Positions 38,351-53,057 of a DNA stretch of 64,000 nucleotides are shown here, piece after piece (the first letter of the stretch is position 1; every line of letters starts with the position of its first letter). This stretch comes from Eledone cirrhosa (taxonomy: Eukaryota). Under the pieces are notes generated by a model. It saw only the letters and a program-made list of their open reading frames with translations. It did not search any database and was not told the DNA's origin. A program made the position numbers and the translations under genes. Where the stretch lies: positions 357,864,001 to 357,928,000 of the forward strand of contig OZ024742.1 in assembly GCA_964016885.1 (NCBI GenBank). The letters are read 5' to 3'.

Positions 38351-41300
38351 CTTGAATGAACCATTAATAATGATTTCTTTATTGGCCACAAGGAATAAAC
38401 CATTAATAATAAAAGAAAATGTCAGATAGGGAAATATTGATCATAGCGTATAACTAGTGCAGAGTTAATCCCATTCCTATTAACCTAAAGAGGACAACAG
38501 AATATTCAACAGATTATTGAAATAGAATAGTACTGGTGCCAAGGAAGATTGCATCCAGGTTAGTTGACAATAGAAAGGACATTCCGTCTGTAGAAACTAT
38601 TCCAAAGGATCATGAGGGCCTTTGAATTGTGTCAAGAGAAGGACAGTTTCCCCAGTATTCATGTTCTAGATGATAAATATACAGAATATACTACGTAAAG
38701 CAGTTGTTGATAGGAATTACATCCAACTGTAGAAAGTAACAAGTTTATCAAACAAAGAGTTGGAGAGAAACTTCAGCTATGTCAAATAAATAACAATCTT
38801 GCTGCTATTGGTGCCATGATAAAGAACATTCAGTAGAATGTAGGAGTGTATGTAAGTGCGATGCATGTCCCCCCCACCCCCACCCCCACCCACACACACC
38901 CACCCACCACACCACACACACACACCAGTCTAAAAAAATCACTGGCTGCACTTAAGTACTGACTCAGTCTGTGAACACCCATCCAACCCTTACTAGCAGG
39001 CAAGACCAATGTTAAATTATGATGAGTCTAAGGATCAAGCTTAAATCTTCATTGTATTAACTTTGTCTAATGTCCTAACTTGAGGATTACTGTCGCAGAT
39101 GAAAATACTGTTTTCTTTTTCAGGAAACAAATTAGCAGAGCCATTAGGGCATAGCAAAGACTGCTGTGTTGCATTTGTTCTTTGAGATCTAAATTCTAAT
39201 CTTACTGGAGTGAAGTTTGTTTTTGATATTTTGGGATTGATAAAATTATGTACATGTCCGGGAATGGAGTTTGACAGAATTATCAGTATTGGAAAAAGTT
39301 TTTTTTTGTATTTGTTTCATGTCTGTGAATTCTGAGGTCTTTGAGTAGTAGACTTAATCAGTTGGCCAGCTGAACACCACCATCTTGTCTTTATCTAACT
39401 TAACAAACTTCACTTCATTTATTCAGGCCAATATTCAGTTTGAGGGCAATTTTCTCCCATCTTCCCATCAGCTCAGAAATCCTGAGAAAATAACAATCTT
39501 GTGTGCTGGCTTTCCATTCCTGACTAAACCATGAAAATAGGAATTAGGAATTTGTCTTCCTATTTTTGTCCTCTGTGTGTGTCTGAAGGGTGAAATACAC
39601 TGAGCTGTATTGATAAACATTCAGTATATATTTTATAGTGTTGTCTGGTTTTTAAATAATTTTCTCGTGTATGATGTCCATCGAACTACAAAATGATTGT
39701 CTAAAGATTTCTAGCAAGTCAGGAATCAAGGGATTCATTAAGAAAATCTTTGTTAAGTTTGCACACAATATAGATTATAAACAGCTATCTTCTGTCTACT
39801 TCTATTGATGCCAGTATATGGTAGTATTTTCATATTACACAAACTTGAATAAAGACAACAACCCCTAGACGTAATTGTTCAATTTAAACAAAGAGGTATA
39901 TTGTTGTTGTGTAAAATGTTCTTCGTCTCATAACAGAAATGTATGGTTCTTTGATAATAGAATTTAATTCTGAAGATTTAATGGTAAATACCATTCTACT
40001 AATATCTTGAACAGGCAGTCGACCGATTAGTTGAATTGTGGTGTTTTACTAATACAATTGAGGTAAAAGTGTTTTGATTCATGAGTTATATTATACTAAA
40101 AGGCTTGTATATAAAGCAAAGTGTGACATACTAGAAGTGACCTCATCTTAATATCCAAATGGTAGAATAGAATTTCCTAAAAGAGGTATTGATTTTGTTA
40201 AGAATTCCATTAGCAGAATGTATAATTCTTGGATCAAATCACTATAATGCTTTAAAACCATTGTAGCTTATTATGTTATTTGTTAAAATTTATTTCACAC
40301 AGAACATATTATATAATAATAAACACAATGTTTACATGGACACAGCAGTGAGTTATATAATTTTTGAAAATATATTTATGAGTCAACACACAATAATATT
40401 TCTCCTCTTCTCACCGAATGATTTGTTTGACTTTTTTACTATTTTATTAGTATATTATATACAGATGAGCCATCATGGTAGACAAATCTCTATTTGAACA
40501 TTTGATTTGCAAGAAATAGCAGCAACATTTGCCTCAAATGACACCATCCAATTTTAAATGAGAAAGTTATATATTGGATATTGCAGTCTTAGATATCCTT
40601 AGGGTGATATCATCAACCTTTTATATCTGCTTTCCATGCTTGCATGGGTGTGATGGGTCATTTCCAGCACAGCCTTTGGCCACATACAGTATTCCTTTGT
40701 AATCTACACTGCTGGGATCAGCATTTTATGATCTACTCTCAGGTCTTGAATAATCGTCCCACACCTAGTTTATTAATATTTCAGATACTCCTCCACACTT
40801 ATTCCACCACACTCACTTATTAAATGTTGCTAATTTATCTCCAGTGAAATATTATTTTAAGTGGTAGCATTTCTGCGACAATTAATTTTCTTTATACATT
40901 AAAAAACATTATACATGACAAAAATATACATTACTAGAAATCCCATACGTTATAAATAAATAGGATGGGTTGGGGTCTCATTATGTAAACTAAACGACTA
41001 ATTCTGTTTTCCAAAATAAATTAACAAATGCAACATAGAAAAATTACCAATTGTACACCACCCCACCCCATATTCTACTGCCACCACCCCCTATTATTTG
41101 AGACCTGAGAGTAAACTCACCATTTCTCCACAGATATCCCTTGGTCTCCCTCTACTGCAGCTGTCTTCCACCCAGTCACCATCAATATGTACCACATGTT
41201 CACATGTTCATATTAGTACCGATTTCCACACTACATTTGATTCCTTTTATACTTAGTTATTCTCTCAACTTATCTATGCTTTACCATTAATGTATTTAAG

Positions 41301-42169
41301 ATAATATATTTAATTGAAACAGGCACATTTCTCTCCAGCCTCTGCATATACTTGACATAACACTGCTGCCATGACTACCAATGTTATTTTTCCAATTCAA
41401 GAAAGCATTTAAATATAAGTTTGAAAGCAAAGGCAATAGAGAGGAGTTCCAGCTAGATCCTGTCAATAAAATCTGCAACAGTTTAAATACACAGCAGTTT
41501 CACGTTCATGCAACATTTCACTTTTCCCCATAAGTATTATACAGCGGATCTTTCTTTCATAAAGAGAAACCATTTGTTTCCAAATAAAACTAACACAGGG
41601 TGGAGAGGACTCTTAATTCCAGTAAGACAGACTCACTAGTGGAGGTTGTATGAATAATGCACCCAGTCCAACTCATGCAAGCATGGAAAAACATGCATAC
41701 AAATAATAATGATGATGATGATGATGATGTGTGTGTGTGTATGTATGCATGAGTGTGTATATGCATGTGTGTCTGATTACCCTATGAGAAGCTGGTAAAA
41801 CTCCAGAATAACAAGACTCACTATTTACCCTTAAGAAAATGAATATATATATACATTGACACTCCGCATTTTGTATTTATTTTGCAAGATTTCTTACCTG
41901 AAAACGTGTGTTGAACGAAAGTATAACAATATATTTATATATATTTATTTATATATATATATATAGTTATATATAATATAGTTATACTTTGTGTCTGGGA
42001 TTTAAACATAAGGAGATAACTCTCAATAGAAACACTGATAGAGTAAACAGCAACTAGAATAAAAGGGATAACACCATTATATGATCAATGGTCTCTGGTT
42101 GTTTTTTACATACACGGCATAATGGGTTGCATCCATATTTTATTATGTTGGCTTATTATTATTATCATT

Positions 42170-42810
42170 TTTATTTTCTTTCATTATTGTTTCTGAGATA
42201 TATGCCGAGTGTCTTCCTGACACCTAGGGCAAATAAATTCACAGTGTGCATTGGTAAGCCAGTTAATACAGCACATTGATTATAATAAAAAACAACAGTA
42301 TACATATATACACATGTTCATATGTAAATACAAGGAGGGATATCCATCTTACAGAGATAGTGCTCATCTCAATACGTGTGCAGTACCAGTCAAAACAATT
42401 TTTTGCACTTCGTGCAGAGAGGGTAAACCAGGAATCATTCGCAATTATTGTTCTGTTCCTTTCTTGATCATTCCCAGTCCTCCCACAATCACTGGTATTG
42501 TAACGGCCTTGAGGTGCCACATTTTCTCAATTTCAATAAGCAGATCTTTATATTTTCGTAGCTTGTCAAATTCTTTTGCCGCGATATTGTGATCACATGG
42601 AATACTCATATCTATCAATAAACAGACCTTGTTATGTTGATCTTTTACAATGATGTCAGGTCTATTTGCTTTTATGGTCCTGTCAGTGTGTACAGGAAAG
42701 TCCCAGAGAATTGTTACTTTTTCTCCTTCAGTTACAGCCTCAGGGTGATGATTGTACTACTTGTCTTCAGCTTTGATTTTGTAATCCCGACATATTACCC
42801 AGTGTAGATT
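42170..42810 (-). pseudogene. R4/Dong-clade non-LTR retrotransposon 3' fragment (RLE)
   Basis: ILWDFPVHTDRTIKANRPDIIVKD...LIDMSIPCDHNIAAKEFDKLRKYKDL...PVIVGGLG; flanked by (TAA)n. Confidence 0.88.
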
Positions 42811-42839
42811 ATTATTATTTTTATTATTATTATTATTCT

Positions 42840-43122
42840 TTGAGTCTCAATCATTGATGTTATTTAACTGGAAAGTTTGTTGAAATGAATATCAAGCCAC
42901 TACCTGCAGCCTCAGATATTCAGTACGTATCGGAGGGTTCTTGCTGTTCCCAGCAAGCATGCCTTTTGAAGTGTTCCAAAAAGCGGGGCTGGACTAATTT
43001 TCTTTAACCAACCTTGGAAACTCTTTGAGATAGTACCTAGTGCACCTGTGACAATCGGGACCACTCTGACTTCATGGCAGTTCCAAATCCTTTTTACCTC
43101 CCACTTTAAGTCCTTTAAGTTA
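42840..43122 (-). pseudogene. R4/Dong-clade 3' fragment, second subfamily
   Basis: KDLKWEVKRIWNCHEVRVVPIVTGALG...LQKACLLGTARTLRYVL. Confidence 0.85.
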
Positions 43123-43189
<67 letters not shown>

Positions 43190-43192
<3 letters not shown>

Positions 43193-43940
43193 AGCTGCAT
43201 TTATCTTGCTTTATGTTCATACGAGTTATCACCAAGTCACAACCAGTGACCTCAAGAGACAACAAGGTCCGCCATGTTCAAGAAAGAACATACATACTCA
43301 CACATGCATCTTTAGGTGTTTAGACTTGTGATGTACTTATATTGACAGAATCTTCCTTAGTATATGGGCAGTTCTCATTAGTACTATCTTTTGTATTTCT
43401 CCTATACGCGGGTTTCCTGGGATTTGCGATAAGTAATCATTAGACCCCTTAGGTATCATTCCTAGAGCGCCTACAACCACTGGTATTATTTTAGTTCTCA
43501 ATTTCCACATTTTTCCAATTTCTATCTCCAGGTCCTTATACTTGCTCAATTTTTCAAATGTTTTTATAGATACATTCTTGTCTATTGGAACAGACATATC
43601 AATTAGCAGGCATACCCTCTTTTTAAAGTCCTTAAATATTATATCAGGTCTATTTGCATCTATTTTTCGGTCGGTTTGGATGCTAAAGTTCCACAAGAAT
43701 GAGATGTGATCTTTTTCAAGTATGGGAGTTCGTTGATGCTCCCACCAATTCTTTTGATGAGGCAGGTCAAAATGCTTACACATTATCCAATGTATGTATT
43801 GTGCAGCTCTGTCATGCCTGTTTAGGTATTCGGTTGGAGCTATAGGACTGCACATTGAAATTATATGGTCAATGGTCTCTGGTTGTTTTTTACATACACG
43901 GAATAATGGGCTGCATCCATTTTTTATTATGTTGGCTTGT
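43190..43940 (-). pseudogene. R4/Dong-clade 3' fragment with a degenerate CCHC knuckle and RLE
   Basis: RVCKKQPETIDHIISMC...YLNRHDR...NRPDIIFKD..LIDMSVPIDKN...EKLSKYKDLEIE. Confidence 0.9.
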
Positions 43941-44175
43941 TATTATTATTATTATTATTGAATGCTATGGTTGACGGAGGCTCGGCTCTGTAAGGTATTG
44001 TAAATTTTGAACGCTATAACAATTGTAAATTGTTTAAAACGTTAACCAACTTGTAGACAAAAACACCCTCCTCCTCGTGAGAGGGGTCTTTCTGTCCGTT
44101 ATTTGGCCCTGCGGGGTTAAATAACTGCTTATTGGGGTTTTGTGCCCAATATTTATTTTAAACAAAAAAAACAAC

Positions 44176-45944
44176 ATGGCTACGAAAAAGAATTTTTATA
44201 GGTCACTCCCACTCATTCCGTCTTCTTCTTCCTCAATCGTCACTACAGCAGAGAGAAGATTGTCTCTCTCCCTCCCTTCTTTAAATGTGTCTCTCTCCCT
44301 CCCTTCTCTTTCGCAAGCGACGACAGAAAAGAAAAGTCTCGTGCAAAGCGTGCAAGATTTCTCCACGACGACGACAACGACGAAACAGGTGTGCGGGAAA
44401 TACGAAAACCCATTTCATTCGTCTGACGTCAGGAATAATAGCAGTAGCAGCCGTAATAACAACAGCAACAGTGACAATGAAAACAACAGTAGCAGCCGCA
44501 ACAGCATCAGCAGCAGCATAAACAACAACAGCATTAGCAGCAGCAACAACAACAACAACCACAGCAACAGCGCCGCGGCAGTAGTCGTAGTACCTGCAGC
44601 AACAACAAAAGTAACAGCAGCTCTAGCGACAACAACAACAACAACAGCAGCAAAGAAAAACCAATCTCGTTTGCAGGTATCGCGAAGAACCTGGAAACAA
44701 TCCTCATAACAAATGAGGAATTAGAGGAAGCGAAGAAGATGGTGACAAAAACAGGACACCGAGCAATCTGCAAGGCGGCGGAAAAATTTTTCGAAACCCA
44801 ACAACACTGTACGGTCACGTACCGTACAGTAAGTACAAAATCCCGTAGCGTTGAAAGAGCCACAGAGGCTCAAATACAAAAGGCCTTGGGGTCTGTGTGG
44901 CAGCGGAAAACGCACATCACCCGAGGCAAGAAATATGCCACCGTAGACGTACTTTTTGCCACACCCCAGGAGGCAAAGGCTCAATCCGTAGTGACCCTAA
45001 GGAGCGAGGAAATGGTGTTGGTGCCCTCCTACTGCGGGCAAAAAATTGTGAGGGTCAAACTGACCCACGTCCCCCCCGGGATGGCCCCTTCTTGGCTGGC
45101 CGCGTCTGTCCTCGTCGGAATCGAGGACAAAACAACTGTACTGCAAGTACAGAAAAAAGTAAGAGAAGATTGGCTCGACACCTCCATTGAGATGTTAATC
45201 CAAACCAACCAGGAGTGCATCGAAGCTATCCCGGATGTGATAGACTTCGATAACGGCACTCAACTGCCCATAAGTGTTGAGGGCAAACGCCCGAAATGCT
45301 TTCGCTGTGGATCGAAGACTCACCTCAGGGCCTTCTGCAACGAGAAGACCCTGAGAAAGGAGAAAATCCCCCTCCTTCCGAAACCGGCTCCACGGCTACC
45401 AGCAACAGGGCAAGCGGCAACCAGGAACGATAGGTCCGTGGCACCCATACCCACGCCACGGAAATCAAAAACAGCAGCAGCAGTGGAAGTATTAACAACA
45501 ACAACAGCAATACCAAATGCAGCTGCATCAGAGACTCCAGTACAAACATCACCAACAACAACAAGTGAAAGAGTGGAGCTGGTACCCCTCCCCGACCTCA
45601 CAGAATCAGACATGGAGTGTGAGGTGGGAGAGGGATGGCAAAAGGTCGTAAGAAGGCACAAACGCAGAAGCAGCGCATCGTCGCCTTTGAAAAGGGAGGA
45701 AAGAAATGAAAAAAGGGTAAAGTCTACTGCAAAGAGACTCACAGCAGCAACACGACCAACACCATCACCACCCACACTAGCACCACCATCACCACCAGCG
45801 ACAACCCCACCGCCAACAACACATTCAACACCACCACCACAAGCACCAACATCGCAAACACAACAACAAAACACACCCAGCAACAACGACAAGAAAATAG
45901 CAGAACCACACCCCACCCCCAGAAAAACAAATGCACGGCAATAA
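44176..45944 (+). pseudogene. Tx1-type ORF1 (gag-like, CCHC zinc knuckle)
   Basis: EGKRPKCFRCGSKTHLRAFC; low-complexity N- and C-terminal parts; disrupted near 44700. Confidence 0.8.
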
Positions 45945-46308
45945 ATACACACAACAAGAAACTAATGACTTACATAATTGAACACACAGACATTTCACAA
46001 CACGACTACATAATACCAGCACCAATCAAAACGCCAACTAACATAAGACTGCTAAAAATAGCACATAAACAATACACAAACATTAAAACGAAATTCCCCA
46101 ACGCAGTTGGTGATTTCAGAGACCTAGGAGGAACTATCAACCGAAGAGTATATTCGGACATACTCATAGAAGAGCCGACGACCAGCCGAAGGGACGATTC
46201 AACGGTCCCTTCACCAGACGATCAAGTGAAAAGGGATGGAAAATCCATCCCTCCTCTACGAAAAGTATGGTAAGTGGTCTTTCCCATTTTTTCCACTCTA
46301 TTTTAAAC

Positions 46309-49300
46309 ATGACCTCACTCAGAATAGGCAGCATAAATGCGCGTGGCTTGGAGTCGTCATGGAAGCAGGGTCACCTGCTCAACGACCTCAGGTCACTAAA
46401 CATAGATGTAGTGGCCATCAGCGAGACCAGAATCTCCGAAGCACGGGCCTTCGCACCGATCTTCGGCGGCTACGATGTGTATGCATCTCCCAGCCGTCCT
46501 GGATCGGGGGAGGAGTTGCTGTGCTTTTTCGCAGAGGTTTGGATCTCGCCATACGGGCCATCTTCCTGGACCCAGAGGGTAAGTTGGTGGTGCTAGACGT
46601 GACCAGCGGAGACGGGCAAGCTTTCAGGCTAGTGGCCGTCTATGCCTCGACAGGAGCAGGGCGGCCTGATTTCTTCAGGCGTCTGGAGACCTTTCTTGGA
46701 ACGTCCCGCTCTTTAGTGTGAGTGGGCGACTGGAACGGGATCTTAGATGCACGCTGGGACTGTGTGGGATTAGCGGATAGGGGTGGAGGGTGCAAGAGCC
46801 TCACCAACCTGCTCAGGCGTTTTGAACTGTCTGACAGGTACCGATTGGATTTCCCGAATGTGCCAATGTCGACTTGGACAAATCGCATAGGGTCATCCAG
46901 ATCATATCTAGATAAAGTATTTTGTAGGGAAATAGATAGGTCTAGCATAGGCTGTCCACAATTCAAGATAGTCAGCTACACGGAACATAAATTCGTGATC
47001 TGTGTGCTTGACATAGATAGGCTTCATAGACGAGGACCCGGCTACTGGAAGCTAAACGCGTCCTTACCAGCGCGTAAGGCCTACAGAGACCGGATTAGCG
47101 AACTAGTTAAGCGGGCGTTGACGGGGGCCATCGTCAACAACAAGTGGTGGTTTGCTCTGAAAAGAGCGATTAGAATAGAATCGATTAGGTTTAGTAAGGC
47201 TTTAGCAATAGAGAAAAATAGAGCAGAGGGAGAACTAGTTAGAAAATTAGACGAGGCGCTTAGCAAAGGCATTGCGACCGACGTGCTTGCGGCGAAATTG
47301 GCCCTTGACCAATTCTTCAATGCAAAGCACGAAGGCTGCGTTGTCAGAGCAAGGGTGCGTGCTCTCAGACACGAGGGGACGAAAGCCGTTCAAAGGGCCC
47401 GAGTGGCGGAGGCGCGTCATGGCAACAAAGCCACGATTCGGTCTTTGGTAGACCACGACGGGTGCATGCTACTCGATGCCGGGCAAATGTGTGAAGCTTT
47501 TCAGTGACACTTCGCTCAGCTGTTCGGGGGCAGCGGTGGGCCGGGTCGAGGGATGGACTTTAGTGTCTACCTCGAGGGACTGCCGCGGCTCTCGGCCACT
47601 GAGGCGAAGTGTTGCGAAAAGCCGATAACAGCCGCTGAAGTAAGGGAGGCAATGACTGGCTGCACAAGGGGTAAATCGCCTGGTTTGGATGGTCTGCCCT
47701 ATGAACTTTACGTACAGATGCCAGACTTGTTCAGAGGCCTCTTGGCGGACGTCTACTGCAACTGGCAACAGAACGGGAGAATTCCCAGTTCTGTGAGCCG
47801 AGGAGCGGTGGCACTGCTGAGAAAGGATCCGAACAAGGGGGATAACAGATAATTTCCGGCCCATAACTCTGCTAAACACAGAGTTCAAGATTTTGGCCAA
47901 TGTGCTAGCAAAGAGGTTGTCGCTTGTCGTTGGTGGTCTGGTGGGAGAGGCGCAGACATGCGCCATTCCCGACAGATCCATCCACGACAACCTCCACCTC
48001 ATGCGATACATCGTAGAGAGGGTAGCTAGGGAATCTGGCACGGGTGGGTCCTTGATCAATTTAGATCAGTCGAAAGCTTTCGATAGGGTCGACCATCGTT
48101 ACCTAGCGGCAGTCCTGAGGGCGGCTGGCTTTGGGCCCGTCTTCAGAGGCTGGATCGCTGCCATGCACAGCGACATCTGCTCTGTGGTGAGAGTGAACGG
48201 TCACCTGTCGGAACCGTTCAACATCATGTGCTCGGTCCGCCAAGTATGTCCCCTCTCGTCCCTCTTATACGTATTGACTCTCGAGCCATTACTGCACAAA
48301 CTGGAGACGTTGAGGGGCGTCCCGCGCGAACTAGAATGCGGAAGATCCGTGTCAGCATATGCCGACGATGTCACCGTAGTGGTGTCGAACGCCAAACACA
48401 TCGAGGCGATCGGCACTACACTAAGAGAATACGAAGCGGTGACAGGAGCAATGATCAACCAGGAAAAGTCAGTGGGCCTGCAGCTCGGCACCTGGAGAGG
48501 CAGGTCCATGCCGTCCAACAGCGTCGTCGGACGCTGGACGGACGGACCGGTTAAATTGCTAGGGGTCTGGTTCGGTCCGGACCTCCAGACGGACAAAAGC
48601 TGGGACGAGGTGACGAGCAGGGTGGCTTCTCTCACCCAGAAATGGGCGGAGAGGAAGCTATCCCTGAAAGGTCGAGCGGAGGTGGCTAACGCGTACATCG
48701 CGTCTGTCATCTGCTACCACCTGACCGTCGTAACATGTCCTAAGCCTCGCCTGACTGCGCTGGAGAGTTTGCTCTTTCGCTTTTTGTGGAAGGGACGCGC
48801 TCCGATGGTCAGGCGGTCCATCTGTTGTTCAACACCCGCTACGTGGAGGGCTGGGCATGCCGTGGCTGATGATGCGCAGGCACGCGCTCAGGCTACGACA
48901 TCTCCACCTCTTCCTCGACGGTGATCAGGTGTGGTCGCCGTTTGCTAGACACGTATTTCCCCAGCTCATTTCCTTGACGGAGCTGCAGTCCTGGGTCAAG
49001 CGAAAACCGAGAGGGAGCGCCTGGAGACTGGAATGTCTTCAGGCGCTCACAGCCCTCGACCAATTGGGCAATGTGATCGGTGGAAACTCCACCTCGGCGT
49101 TCTATAGAGGATTAGTGGTGGGGAAGAGCGACGACGTACTTGGGGAAACTCTAGGCGTCGACGAAAATCAACTAGCCAATCTCTTCGGAAGAACTTTCGG
49201 GCCAGGGCCTATGGACAACTTCCAGAAATCTCTGGCCTGGCAGTGCTACCGAGGAGCCTTGCCAGTTCGGGATAAACTCTACAGGCATGGAGGTGCCGTA

Positions 49301-49725
49301 GCCGGGCATGTCCGAGATGCGCGCAGGGCGACGAAACCGTCCTGCACGCACTCGTCCAGTGTCCGAAAATTGCTGACTTCTGGGTTTATGTCGAACACCT
49401 GCTGTCGCGTGTAGGACGGATCCGGCTGTCATCTGAATCTATCGTGAGGATTGCCCCGCCCTCCTCCTTTAGCCGGGAAGGGCAGGCAGTTTTTATCTGT
49501 CTGGTGGCCATGGCGAAAGAGATAGTATGGTGGACACGTTTGAAAGGGCTGAAGACGAGCACTTATCTCTTCGGTGATGCTCTGATTGACTTTTTCAAAT
49601 TTCATTTGAAAAGGAAAATCAGAGTAGAGAGGGAAGTGCTCTCTTCCCAGCATTTTGTTGAAAGATGGGTGAGAGAAGCATGAATGGCCCGAGTGAATGG
49701 GCCTACTCTGAGTATATATCTGTAA
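46309..49725 (+). pseudogene. Tx1-type ORF2 (APE endonuclease, RT, C-terminal zinc finger) with multiple frameshifts
   Basis: MTSLRIGSINARGL, ISETR, GDWN, YLDKVF, GYWKLN, KSPGLDGLPYE, LDQSKAFDRVDH, SAYADD. Confidence 0.92.
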
Positions 49726-49978
49726 ATTAAAGGTGGAAAACTGGGAGAGGGCACTTGCCTTGGTGGTCAGGGTCATTGTGGCCTTTTACTGGGCTTTCTC
49801 CACAAATGTCCCTCCACAGTCTCCCCCCTATTGGGGAATTTTTCATTGTTATTTTTTGTTACATCCTCTGTTTTTGTTTTTTACACGCAGAAATGCCCAT
49901 CTGTACCGTACTGTATTGTCCTGCACTGTCCTTAATGTCTACTTTATGTAAACCCTTGTGGTTAATAAAGAAATCATT

Positions 49979-50009
<31 letters not shown>

Positions 50010-50017
50010 TATATACT

Positions 50018-50572
50018 TAACCAAATAAAGAGATATATGAGAGAGAAAGAGCCATATATGACACAAGAAATACGGTTCTTAACTTGAGCTCAGTGACTAT
50101 AATTACCACTCTTTTTTCTAGTGGAGTTATCGATCACCTTGTGGATATTTATTTGCCTCCACTTTAGCATGATTTCACCATGTACTTCTTAGCATGGTCG
50201 CATTGGAACTAGCTGTGGATATTCCCAAGTATATTGATTTATTTGCCATCTTCATTATATATTTCCCTTAGAATGGTGAGATTCGACCTCCGATAAGTAC
50301 CTGAGTCTCATGTGGTTTAATAATAATCGTTAGTTTGTTTTGAATGATCGATTATATTGATTGATTTGTTTTCGATGATCGATTACATAGATCAATTTTT
50401 AGCTACACTCTCCAGGTATGAAATAGCGCTTTAAGGTTTCACTTAAGATTCCACCTGCGTACATATTCTTCTATAGAATATGTATTTGGTATATATACAA
50501 TACACCATGTTTCTTGTGTGATATATGACTCTTTCTCTCTCTATATATACATATATCTCTAGATTTGGTTAT
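50018..50572. repeat. Module bounded by a ~60-bp imperfect inverted repeat
   Basis: aaccaaat..agagatatat..gagagaaagagccatatatgacacaagaaa is mirrored at 50505-50572. Confidence 0.7.
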
Positions 50573-51349
50573 TCTGGCTCTAGATAAAGTTCATAGCTGT
50601 TGGAAGGTTAACAATGATATGGTAATAAAATTAATCTCTGCTACAGTCAATTCTTTCTTTCTACATGAACAATAGAATTTATGCTACACGAGAGAGGGAA
50701 AATAATTTTTGCCAATTTTACCTTACAAATGGGAGGTGAAAACATCTAAAGGCAATATTGCTGCTGTTACAAAAGAAATATCATAGTGATTTCTCCAATG
50801 ATTCATTTAGTATACCAAATTCGTCAAAGCCTGATCCTTAGTTTAACTTCATTAATATTTTATCCTTAAAAAAAGAATTGACGCCTTAAACTTAATGTAA
50901 TCCATTTGATTTCCTTTGGAAAATCCTCACCCGCCCACCAGGGAAATAGAAAATTGTAGAAGAATTAAACTCTTATTCAGAATGTCCAAAATATAGTATA
51001 AAAATATGTGTTGTGTTCCTCATATTGCAGCTAACTAGCCAATACATTCATTTTCTTTCTTTTAGCTTACTGACCTCTGTATCATTAAAAAATATTGTCT
51101 CTTGCCCCTTAATTAGACAACAATAATGCCACATGAAAATTGTTCGCTGTGTTAACGTCATATTTATTTTCTTCTTATTTACGACACATATACGTCTAAT
51201 TAGTGGCATGATTCAAAAATATTTTACATGAAATGGCTTTCTCTGGAGGCTTTCAAAAGAGCCATTAAGCTGTCTCCCCTTTGAAAGGAGAAAATTCCAA
51301 TTAGTGCAAGCAAGTGTATGGACAAAATTCATGTCTCTCTCTCCCTCTC

Positions 51350-52160
<811 letters not shown>

Positions 52161-52523
52161 AGTGAGAGAAAGAGAGAGATGGAGAGAAGGAGAGATGAAG
52201 AAAAGAGAAATATTTGATAGCTATACGGCAGACAGCGTGATTAAGGATATGAAGTGAGGGAAAGCCATCAGCCCATTAGCATTAGTCACTGAGATACAGA
52301 AAATAAGTGTTGATGTGGGTTAGAATGATTGTCAATGCAACAAGTGTAAGGAAATGTTAACGGTATCTAAAGATTGTGAATACTTATCTGGGGTGGCTAT
52401 TTAGAGTGTCAAAGATGTTTATACCTGATATGTAGTTATATATATATGTGTGTGTATATATATGTATGCAGTTTATATATATAAGTGTGTGTGTCTTTCT
52501 GTGTGTGTGTGTGTGTGTGAGAG

Positions 52524-52559
<36 letters not shown>

Positions 52560-52564
<5 letters not shown>

Positions 52565-52904
52565 CGGAACAAGTAAACATTAAACAATCTTTTAAATAAA
52601 TTAAAATACCATTTAAATATTTACCTCTTCTAGTGCCATGACCGACGGTTTCGCTTATCAAAAGATTGGAAATTCAGAGAATTTCCAATGGAAAGATATA
52701 GCTCTTCAGATAGCTTTTCCAAATCTATTAGACATAAGTCCGTATAGATGTAGATATATCACCCTCTGCCCAGTGAATGAATCAAGCCGTTAAAATGACC
52801 CACACACTTATTGGACCGTTAGAAAAAGTTAGAAGAGGTAAATATTTAAATCGTATTTTAATTTATTTAAAAGATTGTTTAATGTTTACTTGTTCCGCTC
52901 ATAT
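52560..52904 (-). mobile_element. HHR module flanked by a ~75-bp inverted tail
   Basis: 52560-52633 and 52829-52904 are reverse complements. Confidence 0.85.
52635..52714 (-). ncRNA. Canonical type I hammerhead ribozyme (GUC site)
   Basis: GCUAU-CUGAAGA-GCU(a)UAUC..UUGGAAAUUC ucu GAAUUUCCAA..GAUAAGC-GAAA-CCGUCGG-UC-AUGGC. Confidence 0.88.
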
Positions 52905-53005
52905 TTACAATTCTGGTATCTCAAATTAGTACCATAGAACCACCACTATTATAGACACCATATATATTTCGGTGGGTACCTAGTACCTACTGGGATATCT
53001 ATATC

Positions 53006-53054
<49 letters not shown>

Positions 53055-53057
<3 letters not shown>

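Larger units (their letters stand above)
43960..49975 (+). mobile_element. Tx1/L1-clade LINE, full length but decayed, inserted in (ATT)n
   Basis: ORF1 and ORF2 arrangement, AATAAA at 49964, (ATT)n on both flanks. Confidence 0.9.

Noticed and set aside
45320-45952. Antisense ORFs within the LINEs
   Set aside because: Shadows of sense-strand coding or low-complexity sequence
50250-50300. CGGAGGU...GAAAUAUAUA motif inside an IR-bounded module
   Set aside because: Two core mismatches and a poor stem II
52957-53000. Stem II-GAAA-UAUA-UA-UGG half hammerhead (minus strand)
   Set aside because: The CUGANGA half is missing; counted only as a remnant
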